A DNA stretch of 64,000 bases from Eledone cirrhosa (Eukaryota), in contig OZ024744.1 in the NCBI GenBank assembly GCA_964016885.1, positions 33,976,001 to 34,040,000 on the forward strand, in the 5' to 3' direction. The notes under the pieces were generated by a model that ran no database searches, had not been told where the DNA came from, and saw nothing but the letters and a program-made list of their open reading frames with translations. Below are positions 26,911-42,399 of the stretch, in pieces. Made by a program: the position numbers and the translations under genes. The first letter of the stretch is position 1. Each line of letters opens with the position of its first letter.

Positions 26911-27370
26911 ATATTGTATTGTTTATTATACATTAAATATATATATATATATATCCATAAACAGAACATGATGAAGAAACAAAACACACTTATCAACATT
27001 ATTTATTCTTTACATAATGTTTCATATATAAATATAATCTAACATAGCGAATTTTAAAATAAATAGATGAATGTATAAATATATGGAAAATCTGAAGAAG
27101 TATTAATAAATTTTATCTTCCATTTTTTGATATCTCAGCTCCTCTCTCTTTCAATCTCTCTCTCGCTTTTTGTCTACTCGTCACGACCCCTCCCACTCAC
27201 TCACTCTCTGTGTTTGGTGTTGATGAGAGTAGGAGGAGGTAAATGGTTTTCATGCTATCTTTTTTCATGCTATCAAATGGTTTTCATGTTATACAAGGTG
27301 CCTTTTCATTTATTTCATACAACGTGATTTGTATAGAAAGATAGAACGTTTTCAAACGTCCACACTTTTT

Positions 27371-27415
<45 letters not shown>

Positions 27416-27772
27416 GAAAAAAATAAACACACCAATGGAAGGGGGACACGGGACAATGGTACATGTAAGCAAGTAACCGAGAGAATGGAGATCAAGTTAA
27501 AAAAAGCCGTTGTGTTTAAGCCCGGGGCCATAATATAGCAACTTGGTATTCCACGTCTGTCCTCAGCGAAAGCACAGCAGAAAGAGAGAAACGGAAGCAA
27601 GAGGGAGTAGAAGGCAGAGGGCGTGAGAGTGATTGGTAGAGATGAGAGAAGGTCACAGCAATAAATATCAAAAATATGAATGAGAGGAGGGGCTGTATGG
27701 TTACTGATAACGGGTGTTAGAAGGTAAGGAGACACAAACTAGAGGTGGACAGTCTCCCTTCGTATATAAATA

Positions 27773-27804
<32 letters not shown>

Positions 27805-27807
<3 letters not shown>

Positions 27808-29350
27808 GGATATTTTGGATATTGCAAAATCTTAAATCACCGAAAACCTGCCTGAACACAAAGACGGAAATTTTTACCAGTTGCCCACACATGAAATCAC
27901 ACCTGCTTTCCAGCTCATATAAACTTAACACACTTTCAGATACTTATCCTCGATAAACTCTTATTATTCTCTTTTTAATTACCCTTTCTGACTTACTTTC
28001 ATTCTTTTCCTTGTCAATAATTTCATTTATTTTCACTTTTATTTATTTTTACTTCAACCCCCCCCCCCTTTATTCTCCGATCCACTCCCTATTTTCTATT
28101 TTTTACTTCCCCTTCTACTTCCCTTTTTCCTCCACTAACTGATTATACTTGTCTTTTGTGTTTTTCAATCCAGATATATTTTTCATTTTTATTTTAATTT
28201 TATTTTTGCGCAGCCTATCTTACAATTTTATATTTGTACTTATTTATCCACATTTCAATATGGCTGAACGCCTTAATGTGTGTATACTTTTTATATATGT
28301 ATATGAGTGACTACGTATGTGCGCGCGCGTGCCTGTATGTATATGTATATATATATATATATATATGCGTGTATGTATGTGTGTGTGTACAGGTGTTTGT
28401 GCGTGTGCGTATGTATATATTATGCGTATATGTAAGTGTCTTTATATCCGTGTTTTTGACATTTCGGTTTTATGTTTTTGTTTCTTTTTTCTTCTCCCCC
28501 CCCCCCCTTCCCCCTTTTGTTACTTACTCAGTTTCATACATGGGCATGCATACAGGTTTATATGCGCGAGTATAAGTATGTGTGTGTGTGTGTGTGTGTA
28601 TGTACGTATCGAACGTATGGAAGTGTAAGTGCGTGTGTGTATATAAGCATAATTATTTTTTTATATTTTTTTACATTTCTTTTGTGAGACACGCGTGTCT
28701 GTGTATGTATGTGCCCCCCCTTTTTTTGTTTTCTTTAATATTTTCTTTCTATCTTTTCTTTCTAATTTATCGTTACTATATTTTTATAAATATATCGAGA
28801 CAGATACTTTTCTTTTAATTATTATACTATCTTTATCTCCTTTCTTTCCACATCTAAGTGTACGAGTGTCCAGGCGTTTTTATGCGCGCGACTTTATATT
28901 CTTATATTTACGATGTAACCATTTCTGTCTGTATAATACAGACATATAGATACATTTGCCCTAAATTTTTATAATTACGCACACTTTCTAACTATACATT
29001 TACATGTGCATATATACATATATGCATATCTGTGAGCGTATATACATACACATACACACACCTAACTATTTTTCTTGATAGATTTTTATATATTTCAATT
29101 TCTATTTCATTTATCTATATATATTTTCTTTGATTTTCTTGATGTGTTTTTCTAAGTATTTGCCCATGTTTTATATTGCCTCGTCTGACGAACGAATGAA
29201 GTCGTTTATTTCGTATTCGCCTCATTCGGGAAACCTCTGGTAATGAGGTAATTGTATTGATTTTATACATTAAATTTTGCTCTGATACTTACATAGAGCA
29301 CTCTTCATTTCTATGACCTTTTCTGTTTCCAACGGAAATTTCAATACTTA
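27805..29350 (+). mobile_element. PLE 3' end (EN tail, microsatellite-rich UTR, pseudo-LTR end)
   Basis: WILQNLKSPKTCLNTKTEIFTSCPHMKSHLLS, then a UTR ending in hammerhead, intron-like segment and (TA)n. Confidence 0.7.
29175..29252 (+). ncRNA. Type I hammerhead ribozyme
   Basis: Stem I ATTGCCTCGT/ATGAGGTAAT, CTGACGA, stem II CGAATGA/TCATTCG, GAAA CC-TCT-GG TA. Confidence 0.85.
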
Positions 29351-29434
29351 TATATATATATAAAGAAAAAGAGATGAAATCGAAAATGCAACTGGAGTCT
29401 TATTTTTTTTTTAAATATAGATATTTATTTGGTT

Positions 29435-29472
29435 CCTTTACCGGTTTCGCAGTTCTTCTGCTTTTCAAAAGG
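29435..29472 (-). ncRNA. Minimal hammerhead ribozyme, U3-A8 variant (left arm)
   Basis: Mirror copy of 29543-29580. Confidence 0.75.
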
Positions 29473-29542
29473 TGAGTTGAGATGGAGGGTCTGTGGTTTT
29501 TCTCACATGTGAGAAAAACCACAGACCCTCCATCTCAACTCA

Positions 29543-29580
29543 CCTTTTGAAAAGCAGAAGAACTGCGAAACCGGTAAAGG
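29543..29580 (+). ncRNA. Minimal hammerhead ribozyme, U3-A8 variant (right arm)
   Basis: CCTT-TTGAAAA-GCAG-aagaa-CTGC-GAAA-CCGG-TA^-AAGG. Confidence 0.78.
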
Positions 29581-29699
29581 AACCAAATAAATATATATAT
29601 TTAAAAAAAAAATAAGACTCCAGTTGCATTTTCGATTTCATCTCTTTTTCTTTATACTTTCACTCGTGTAGGACACTTCGGTTATTTTTCATTTTGTAA

Positions 29700-31600
29700 A
29701 AAAAACCTCACTTTCTATATATATATAATTAGAAAAAACAAACAAAACACAGGAGAGGAACTCCAAGAGGGAGTAAGGAGGGAAGTAAACAAGTAAAGAA
29801 CACGAAAAGAAGGGGCAAAATAAAAATAGATATAAAAAGCAGATTTTAAATAAAAGTGAAAATAAAGGGGTGAGAGGGGTGTATACATCCAGGATGGGTG
29901 TGGTAGTGTGTATAGGGGTGGGTGGAGGGGAAGATAAAGAGAAGGAGGAAGCAAGAAAATCAGAGTCCGGGCAGGGATGACGGATGGTAAGATGTGTGTG
30001 TGTAGAAAGCGTAGTGGTCATGCGAGGAGAGATTGTCGGTGTGTGTGGGAAGGCTCTGTCAATCACTCTTTTGATGGGTACATACGCGTATGTGAGCGTA
30101 TATACTGGTATTTGTGTGTGTGTGTGTGTTTCAGGGTGTAGGTGCGTGTTTTTGTGGTATAAGGAGGGAAAGGACTAAACCAAGGGTGGAGTAGGGCCGT
30201 GGGTGGAGATGTCTGGTGGTGAGTCAGTGGATTAGAGGGTGACGTGGTGGAGGAAATGGGGTGAGATTAAGCGGTTACTGGTAGGTAGGTGTGCGTGGGG
30301 TGGCGTTATTAGTAGGTTAGATGGTGATGGAGGGGTTGGTGGTGTGAGGGGATGGGTACTGGTAGGTGTTAGTTGGGTGACAAGGTGTGGGTGGTGATAG
30401 TAGGGGTAGGTGAAGGGAGAGGAGATGGGTGTGGGTCTGGTGTTAGTTGGGTGACAAGGTGTGGGTGGTGATAGTAGGGGTAGGTGAAGGGAGAGAAGAA
30501 GGTGAGTGGATGGTTGGGAATGTAGGGGAAGAGGTTAGTGTTAGTGGGGGGAGGTATGGGTGGAGGGGTTGGTGGTGTGAGGAGATGGGGGTGGGTCTGG
30601 TGTTAGTTGTGTTAGTTGGGTGGTGAGGTGTGGGTGGGTGTGAGTAGAGGTTAGTGGTGATAGTAGGGGTAGGTGAAGGGAGAGAGGAAGGTGAGTGGGT
30701 GGTTGGGGATGTGGGGGAAGGGGTTAGTGTTAGTGGGGGGGGTATGGGTGGAGGGTTTAGGTGGGGGTAGAGTGTTAGTTGTGTTAGTTGGGTGGCAAGG
30801 TATGGGTGGGGGTGTATAGTTTAGATGGGGGTGGGTGGGTTAGGTGGGGTGGGGATGGATGGGTTAGGTGGGAACAGAGGGATTATGTGGGGGGGTCTCA
30901 GAGGTGGGTGGTGGTGGTTGGGGGAAAGAGTGAGTTGAATTTGTGGTGCTTGGTGGAAGTGAGGAAAGAGAAGAGATCATGGTTGAGGTTATGGATGAAA
31001 AGAAGGACGGAGCGGGTGAGGAGAGGGTGACAGGTGGAGTTGAGGTGAAGAAGGGTTTGGGGTAGGTTGCAGTTGAGGTGAAGCAGGGTTAGGGGTAGGT
31101 TGCAGTTGAGGTTGCGGATAGTAGAGAGGGAGGAGCGGAGTGAGACACGCATGAGGAGACGGGAGGAGCTGGTGAGGATGTGTTGGATTGAGGCTAACAA
31201 GAGGGGGGAGGCGTGGAAGTAGAGTCGGAATCTGTGGGGGGGATGAGCTGGAGTTGGAGATGGAGGTAATGGCTGTGGCTGGAATGCTGGGTCTTAGCAA
31301 AGAGGAGGTAGGAGAGTTGGAGTGTGGGTTGAAGGTAGCAGGCGGGTTGGAGAAAGTGTATGAGGCGGGTGTGGAGTTGGTGGAGGAAGGATTACAGGTT
31401 AGGTATGGTAGGGATGGGGAGTGGGAAAGGGGTGTCCTAAGGGGAGACGGTAGTCAAAAAAACAAAACGAAAACAAAAAAAAACAGATGGAAAGCAATGG
31501 GGGGAGGGGTCGTGAAGAGTGGATAGAAAGAGAGAGCGAGAGGGAGTGAGAGTGAGAGGGAGAGAGAGAGGGAGGGAGATTGAAAGAGAGAGAACCGAAA
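29700..31600. repeat. G-rich low-complexity region with internal short duplications
   Basis: Strong G/T skew; repeats of GGTGTTAGTTGGGTG and GTGATAGTAGGGGTAGGTGAAGGGAGA. Confidence 0.6.
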
Positions 31601-31874
31601 TATCGAAAAATGGAAGATAAAATTCATTAATACTTCCTCAGATTTTTCCATATATTTCTACATTTATCTATTTATTTAAAAAATTAACTGTGTTAGATAT
31701 CAAATCAGTTAATATTTGAAATAATTTACAGTGGTACATTCTCCGTACGTTTGAAATGACTGACAAATGTTTTTTCTCCTAAAATATTCCATATTTACTC
31801 TATGTTCACTAATAGTAGACAGAGGTTTTTATACAATTTCTTATCGTATTCATTTTGTTCAATGTCTTATCGTT

Positions 31875-31882
31875 TTACATAT
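31875..31882 (-). CDS. Putative terminal coding exon of the repeat-exon host gene (3' UTR to about 31660)
   Basis: Acceptor GTTTACTGTGATTTTTATGTTTGTTTTCAG is homologous to the acceptors of the 60-nt exons. Phase-1 reading xAT ATG TAA; AATAAA at 31676-31671. Confidence 0.55.
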
Positions 31883-32029
31883 CTGAAAACAAACATAAAA
31901 ATCACAGTAAACTTACAGGTATATATATAAGACATCGATAATGTGATAAGTGGACAACTATAATTGTTTAGTATGTAATTTAACAACTGGCTCCGCCCCA
32001 TCAAAAATGATGATTAATTGTAATATCTA

Positions 32030-32290
32030 TCATCATCATCATCATCATCTTCCACGCTAGCATGGGTTAGACGGGAGTTGTACCACTTGAAACAAGGCTG
32101 GCCGGGTGACCGTGTCTCACTCATATAGGACTATCTGGTAGGTTTTGTACGGCTGGATGCCCTTCCTAACACCCAACCACATTTACAGTGTGGAACTGGG
32201 AACATTTTACCGTATTACCTACATGGCCACATTACAGCATGGACTGTGTTTTTTTTTTGTTTTTTTTTTTTGTTGTGACACCTACACGAT
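32030..32290 (-). mobile_element. RTE-tailed SINE/RTE 3' end
   Basis: (CAT)n tail, CCACGCTAGCATGGG, GGATGCCCTTCCTAACAC core. Confidence 0.75.
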
Positions 32291-32559
32291 CTCGATCTCG
32301 GTATCTCATCTATATATAATATAAAAAAGAGGTTAGCTTAGCTCCGAAAATATACATTTGCTACTAAATTTTCTATAATCATGACAACAGTCCTAATAAA
32401 GAAAATTCATTCTTACATACACACGCACAGAGAGTGCACACACAGAACCTCACACTCACACTTGCACAAACAGGGCTCACACAGAACCTAACACACACTC
32501 AAAAAGGCATCAATAGACAAACACACCCAAACAGTTACTTGAAAAATTATATACAACCC

Positions 32560-33590
32560 AATCATCATCATCATCATCATTGTTTAACGTCCATCTTCCA
32601 CGCTTGCATGGGTTTGGATGGGAATTTTCCCATTTGAGGCAAGATTGGTTGACTTGCTCGTATAGGACTGTCTGGCAGGTTTTCTACGGCTGAAATGCCC
32701 TTCCTAACACCAACCACGTTTACAGAGTGGACTGGGAGGTTTTTACCGTGTTACTTACACGGCCACATTACAGCGTGGACTGTGTTTTTTTGTCGTGACA
32801 CCTACACGACCTCATTTGTTTCGGACTGGATGCTGTGGCACCAACATAACTTTACATTGGAAGGGGTGGTGTGGATGTGGTGGGGGTAATGTTGCCGGGG
32901 TGTATTTTTGTTAGAGGTGCCTACTGACTGTAGGTTTCGCTTTGTACTTAGGCAAGGCGGGTCTTCTGTATTACTGTGTAGCGCCAAAGATCTCGGTCCA
33001 GTGACATTGTCTTGGAGAGGTGTAAGTGTGTGAGGTCGGAATTTAGCAAGTCGTCCCAGGTTTTTCTGGGTCTGCCTACTCCGTGGCTACCGTCTATTTT
33101 TATCGCCCTGCACTTTTTTTTATACAGCTGTCGTCTTTCATGCGCATCACGTGACCATACCAATGTAGTCTTCTCTCGAGTAAACAACATCTGATCCCTC
33201 TTATTCCTAATTTCTCACTTAGTTCATTTATGCTTTGCCGTTCACGTATATTACTATTACACATCCAGCGGAGCATGCAAGCTTCGTTTCTCTCCAGTCT
33301 GCGTATATCCTCTGCACACAATGCCCAGGTCTCACTGCCATGTAACATTGCTGTTCTTATGCAGGCATCATACAGCCTGCCTTTCATGTTTAGAGAGAAC
33401 CCTTTAGCGGCCAATAGTGATATAAGCTCTCTGAACTTTTTCCATCCCGTTCTGACTCTAGCTACTGTACTTTCAGATCACCCTCCACCACTGCTGATTT
33501 TGTCACCCAGGTAATGGAAGGTGTCCACTATTTCTATAGAACCATCTGTGCAATGGAATGAGCTAGTATTCTGTGGGCACTTGCTGCTAC
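32560..33590 (-). mobile_element. RTE-clade LINE 3' fragment
   Basis: [45 protein letters not shown]; (GAT)n tail. Confidence 0.9.
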
Positions 33591-34099
33591 TTATATATAT
33601 ATATGCATACATCAACATACACATAATACCAACATCACTTCACTTATATATGTACACACATGTATTTTATTCATTAGTTCCAGCATACACATTACATAGA
33701 CTTCCATGTATACAAATTCATAGAAAGGAGTAAAGTGTGGTTAGTCATATGTGGGATGTCTAGAATTATGAGAGAAATATTCTACAGTTTCCCACTGGTC
33801 CTGAACATAGGAATTTGCGAATATTGACGAGAAGGCAAAAACTGTTCACAATGAATTATTGACTTGATTTTCTCATTTTTTCCTCTCTTTACGTTGCCTC
33901 ACCATTCGTGTTTGTTTACCTGTCTCTCTTTCTCCACCCAACTCTTTTTATCCCAATAAGTTAATTTAGTATCGCCCTAGCTTGAGGTATATGGGTTGTA
34001 ATGCGAAGAAATACCTATGATGGCTAGTAGACCACTGATGACGGATATTCCTGGCTTCTATTTCTAATTCTTCATTTATTATATACACATATATATATA

Positions 34100-34320
34100 T
34101 ATAATGTGGCCGTGTAGGCAACACGGTAAAAATCTCCCAGACCCACACTGTAAATGTGGTTGGTGTTAGGAAGGGCATCCAACTGTAGAAAACCTGCCAG
34201 ACAGTTCTATGCGAGCAAGACAATCACTCTTGCCTCAAGTGGGAAAACCCCCGTCCAAACCCATGCAAGCGTGGAACACGGACGTTAAACGTTGATGATG
34301 ATGATGATGATGATGATGAA
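34100..34320 (+). mobile_element. RTE-tailed SINE/RTE 3' end
   Basis: GTTAGGAAGGGCATCC core, CCCATGCAAGCGTGGAA, (GAT)n. Confidence 0.8.
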
Positions 34321-34370
34321 AGGATAAATTACTGAATAACTTATTAGATGATGTTCAAATTATAACTTAC

Positions 34371-34430
34371 CCTTTTTGGTTGATTTTGGCTTGATTGGAG
34401 CACTATGAGGAGACACTGTAATATGGTCAC
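34371..34430 (-). CDS. 60-nt phase-1 exon (xDHITVSPHSAPIKPKSTKK)
   Basis: TTCTAG acceptor, GTAAGT donor, open frame, five paralogous copies. Confidence 0.75.
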
Positions 34431-34756
34431 CTAGAATATATAAACAAAATCATAGTAAACCTACATGTATATATACAAATAACATTACAAATACAGGAAA
34501 CATTTATTAGATTCATTATCTCTGATATATACATATATACACCAGGTCCAAAAACAAATGGACCATACTGCTGCTGTCCCTGCCATTTATATATATATAC
34601 GTATATCTGTTAGAACACGAAAAGTGTGAAACAACAGAATGTTCACTTTTCGTGTTCTAACATATATGCCTAACTTCTTCATAAATTTTCCGGGGATAGC
34701 CGTGGTGGTGGTGATCGTATGTCATTGGCTAATTTTCAACCAATCAGAGTAAGTGT

Positions 34757-34802
<46 letters not shown>

Positions 34803-34949
34803 TATTCCCCCTCTCTCTATATATATCTGCGCTTTCGCTTTACACTCCTCCCCTTCAATAACACATTTCCCCCTCTCTATATATCTCTTATACTGTTACA
34901 CTTATATTTCCATTTATTTATTACCCCCTCTCTCTATATCTCTTCCGCT

Positions 34950-35085
34950 GTTCGCCAAGTAGCGAGGTATCACTGTATATATGTTTAAATATATAGTGTA
35001 GCTGTGAAAACTGACTTTAAACGTGTTTCGGTTTACGAGCGCCGCGCCGGAACGAATTAAACTCGTAAACCGAGGTGCCACAGTA
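34950..35085. mobile_element. Two pogo/Tigger-like TIR remnants
   Basis: GCGAGGTATCACTGTA and CTCGTAAACCGAGGTGCCACAGTA ends, each abutting TA. Confidence 0.5.
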
Positions 35086-35174
35086 TATATATATATATAT
35101 AAAATAAAAGAATTTATTCAGTTTTGGGACAATATAATTTTGACTGATAACAAATGTGAAATTCTTAACTAGCA

Positions 35175-35262
<88 letters not shown>

Positions 35263-36279
35263 TGAAACTTCTAGGTATGTCACGATGTATCTAACATTAC
35301 GTTGACACTTTCCCCCTCTCTATATATCTCTTATACTGTTACACTTATATTTCCATTTATTTATTCCCCCCCTCTCTCTATATCTCTTCCACTGTTACTT
35401 ACACCTGTTTCTCTCTATCTGTTCCGTCTCTATATATATCTCTCTTACTCTTTCGCTTTGCACTCCTCCCCTTCAATACCATCTCTCCCCCTCTCTATAT
35501 ATTTGTTACTCTATCGCTGCACGCTCCTCTCCTTCAATATATCAATTACACACTTACGCTGTACACTCCTTTATCCCCAGCGCCCCTATATATACCCCCC
35601 CCCCCCCCCGCATCTATATTTTAATGTTCCGTTGCACCGTGAATATATGTGTCTATATATATATACATATATATTGTATATACACATTCATGTATGTGTA
35701 TACACACTCATGTATGTATATACACTGGTTTTATGTGTGTATTGTAAATTTGTACTGTTAAAACACGAAACTAACATTCGATTGACACTTTGATTACCTG
35801 TACAGGCAATAGTTATTAGAATGCTGTTGAAGTGTGTATATAACATGCTTATAATATTGGTTGTATCATATTTACTTGTATATTTGTCTATATTGTTTGT
35901 TTTGTGTTAAATTATTTTATTATTATTATGTTGGATTATTTTTTTTATTATTATGTTAAACTATTTGTATGTAATATTTAATTTTTTTATTAATTCAACT
36001 ATAATAATCGACATATGAAATTTAAATCAACAATAGGAGAAAAAAAAAATCTTATTGCACAAACAATAATTCTGCACAAATGTTGCTCCATTATTAGATC
36101 TAATGTTGCAACGATACAGTTAAATGTTGTCTGTGTATTTTAAAAAAGATTTGCTTATAATCTTTTCAAATTTCATTACGCCAATGATTCAAGCTCAAAT
36201 TGACATTATCTAAAAAATTGTACAAACAGCGGGGGATTAGCAGTAGTGAACAGATAAATCAGTCAATTTATTAAGATTG

Positions 36280-36930
36280 ACTTGGCATCAATCAGCAAGA
36301 CCTTCATTAGCTGCTCTCCAGCCATCTATTTAAAGCTGTATACATCTATGGTACAAATACACTTGGAGTTCGCGTCATCAGTCTGGAACCCCTATCTTGC
36401 TCAGAACATTGACCTCCTGGAAACTGTTCAGAGACATGCAACCAAGCGCATACCCTCCATCAGACACCTACCATACCCTGAATATTTTGCTTCCCTCTGG
36501 CAATGGACTTGGTAAACACCCACAAAGTTATTAACCATCCGACCAACAACAACCCCGAACACCTTTTTGATCTCCATGTGTCTAACACGTGGACATGCCT
36601 ACAAAGTCAGAAAACAACACAGCTCCCATGACTTTAGGAAATATTTCTTCATGCTCAGAGTTGCTGAAGGATGGAACAAACTTCCTGCATCAGTTGTTAG
36701 CTGATGACACACTGCATCCTTTAAAACCATCATACATTCCGAAATACACCAAAACTACACCTGATGTCCCCCTTCCATACACATGCACATATGTGTATAT
36801 CATGACTCATGCACTGTTCTTTTTTCCTGACGTTTTTATATTACCCTATGTATTATATATGCACTTTTGATGAGTTGTAGTGCACCTCAGCATTGTACAC
36901 AATATTTTCATTATTATTATCATTATTATT
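36280..36930 (+). mobile_element. CR1-clade LINE 3' fragment
   Basis: LYTSMVQIHLEFASSVWNPY...LETVQRHATK; homologous to 56940-57550; (ATT)n tail. Confidence 0.88.
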
Positions 36931-37404
36931 ATTACACTCATTGATACATTTTGCACTAACTCTGCATCAAGCACCCTCACCTAAATATTAACCAATCAAG
37001 GATCCAATACAGCTATCTGTTGGATGAGTATTGTATAGTGCCAAAAACGAAACCAATCAGTTTAGCAGAAAGTTTCCAGACAAGAAACACGCATATTTTG
37101 CTATCCTCAAACACGTTTACACATGGCATGAAATATAACTAATCCGAGATGGCTAGGTTTCATCTTCTAACTGGATATACGAAATCCATTATGTCTTGAC
37201 AACAACATGAGGTAACATTATGTTATTCACAGACACACTTTGTACACTGTTCCATATCAGAATGTATTTCCTTCGTCACATTCACAAACAGTATTGAAAA
37301 TATGTTCTTCGGCAAATAAAAATGTTTTGTTCATAATATTTCAACTAGCGATTGCTCTACTCCACGCACGACCACCATAAATTAATGACCAGCTCAACAC
37401 AAGT

Positions 37405-37575
37405 ATTGGTAGAGCGTCAGACACCATGCTTTGCAGTATTGTTATGGTCCTTTGCATTCTAAGTTCAAATCCTGCCGAGGTTAACTTCGACTTTCATACT
37501 TACTAATTCGATAAAATAAAGTACCAGTAATGGACTGCCGTAATGGATTTGTGCCGAAAAATAGAAACACTATTA
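37405..37575 (+). mobile_element. Nin-core tRNA SINE
   Basis: GTTCAAATCCTGCCGAGG...CGATAAAATAAAGTACCAG. Confidence 0.75.
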
Positions 37576-38125
37576 ATGTGCAATAAGAGCAAAATATAAC
37601 GACATTGCTCAATTATTTTATCTAATGTTGTAATAACACAAGGAAATGTTGTTTGTGTATTTTTTTTTATATTTGCTCATAGGCTTTTACAATTTCGCTC
37701 AGTCAACAACTATTAAAAAGTGAGTTGTTTAAGATAACAATTTAATCACAAATTGTTGCTATCTTTTAATACACTCCAACAAGTCATCAAATTATGTACA
37801 ATAAAAACAAATCTTATTAATTTGCTCAGGGAATATAAAGAAAATGTATATACACTGATAATTGCAATTGTATGTAAATATTTTGTTTTTGTATTGTTTA
37901 TTTTATGTTTTCTATTATGTATAATATATTGATTTAATATTGATTGTTTTTTGTAGTTGTTTATATTAAAAGTCTGAAAATATTTTTATACATCTTACAC
38001 TAATATTTATAAGATAATTTATAATAACAATTACATAATCTAATTACATTACAACGATAATTTATTATTAATATATATCCTGTTTAACTAGAGTTATTAC
38101 AAGCGTTGCCTTAAAAAAATATTAA

Positions 38126-39071
38126 ACTAGACATGAAAAATGCGCAAGCTCAAAAGTGCCACAGAATGTTATAATAAACCTTCAAAAGTGTGGGACTAGA
38201 GTTGTTGCTAAAAAATATTGTAATCATTATATATCGTACATTCTGTGGCATCCTTTATAAAAATAGCTTAAACCAACGAAGCCTTTATTTTTACGCTATT
38301 TCACTTAGAGTGTAACATATAAAAATAAATACATCTATGTTTAATGTAATAACAGCTATACATAATTACGTAATATTATTATCATATACTCATAGTAACA
38401 AAATAATTGTGTTGAAAATTAATATGATGCTTATATGAACGATCAAATCTATAATGATAATTTATTAAATATACTAATAGTAAAATAATTTAGTTATCTA
38501 TTGTTACATTTTCATAGAACTATAATATTAACAATCATATTGTATTATCAAATTTTTATCACTACAAACTTTCATATTGGAATTACCTTAAGCCACTTAT
38601 TATTACTTCGCTTTCGTACTTTTACAGCTGTAGATATTGCGCTGTATCTTATATCTAATATCAATATCTCATGGTAATTTGCATGCAGTGTAAAATAGGT
38701 TTATTAATAACTTTAATATGAAATGTATTATACAGGGCTGCGGAGTCAGCCAAAAATTGACTGGCTCCAACTCAGGATCCGATACTCCATTATTTCCTAA
38801 ATTTCAGCTCCGCAGCTCTGTTATTATATTAATTAATTTATTTTATAGTTGTAAATCATATTTTTATATGTTACACTCTAAGAATTAACTAAGTGAAATA
38901 GCGTAAAAATAAAGGCTTCGTTGGTTTAAGCTATTTTTATAAAGGATGCCACAGAATGTACGATATATAATGATTACAATATTTTTTAGCAACAACTCTA
39001 GTCCCACACTTTTGAAGGTTTATTATAACATTCTGTGGCACCTTTGAGCTTGCGCATTTTTCATGTCTAGT
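38126..39071. mobile_element. Inverted-repeat (MITE/fold-back-like) element with 183-bp arms
   Basis: 38126-38308 is the reverse complement of 38889-39071 with one mismatch seen; AT-rich interior. Confidence 0.8.
38733..38820. mobile_element. 88-bp hAT-like MITE
   Basis: TIRs CAGGGCTGCGGAG/CTCCGCAGCTCTG; 8-bp flanks GTATTATA/TTATTATA (7/8). Confidence 0.7.
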
Positions 39072-39137
39072 ATATATATATATATGTATATATATGTATA
39101 TATATACATATATATGTATATATATGTATACATATAT

Positions 39138-41835
<2,698 letters not shown>

Positions 41836-41854
41836 TATATATATATGTATACAT

Positions 41855-41914
<60 letters not shown>

Positions 41915-42010
41915 AGGGGTTGTAACTAGGAGTTACTGCAGTTTCACCCGGGAGAGCACTCGATGTTTAGGTTCACTTCTGTGATGACGTGTAGAGCTAT
42001 ACAGAGTGTA

Positions 42011-42317
42011 ATATATAGAAAGGATAAAAAGGACGATTGATTATTCCTTCATTGCATTTATTGATAGGTGACGCGCGTTTCGCCACTGATCAGCTCAAGG
42101 TTCGATCTATATCGATCCTACCCGGCTCAATAATCCGCAGCTCGACGGACCCTCTTAAAATGCTATTTCTTATAGCATTTTAAGAGGGTCCGTCGAGCTG
42201 CGGATTAGTGAGTCGTGTAAGATCGATATAGATCGAATCTTCAGCTGATCAGTGGCAAAACGCGCGTCACCTATCAATAAATGCAATGAAGGAATAATCA
42301 ATCGTCCTTTTTATCCT

Positions 42318-42326
<9 letters not shown>
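42011..42326. repeat. Palindrome (~155-bp arms, 5-nt loop) with hammerhead-like half-site
   Basis: Loop TTCTT at 42167-42171. The left arm (minus strand) carries GGCGAAACGCGCGTC; the right arm has GGCAAAACGCGCGTC; both continue to AATAAA; ends in (TA)n. Confidence 0.9.
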
Positions 42327-42355
<29 letters not shown>

Positions 42356-42399
42356 ATAATAATAAATTTGAAGACTAAAATCCAAAGAGGGCTCGATGT

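Larger units (their letters stand above)
29358..29656. repeat. Near-perfect spacerless palindrome (~150-bp arms)
   Basis: Centre ...CTCACA|TGTGAG... at 29507/29508; starts in (TA)n. Confidence 0.95.

Noticed and set aside
27500-27580. Minus-strand CTGAGGA as a hammerhead core
   Set aside because: No matching GAAA or stems.
42065-42125. Complete hammerhead in the 42-kb palindrome
   Set aside because: GAAACGCGCGTC fits, but no CUGANGA with adjoining stems I and II can be built; kept only as a half-site.
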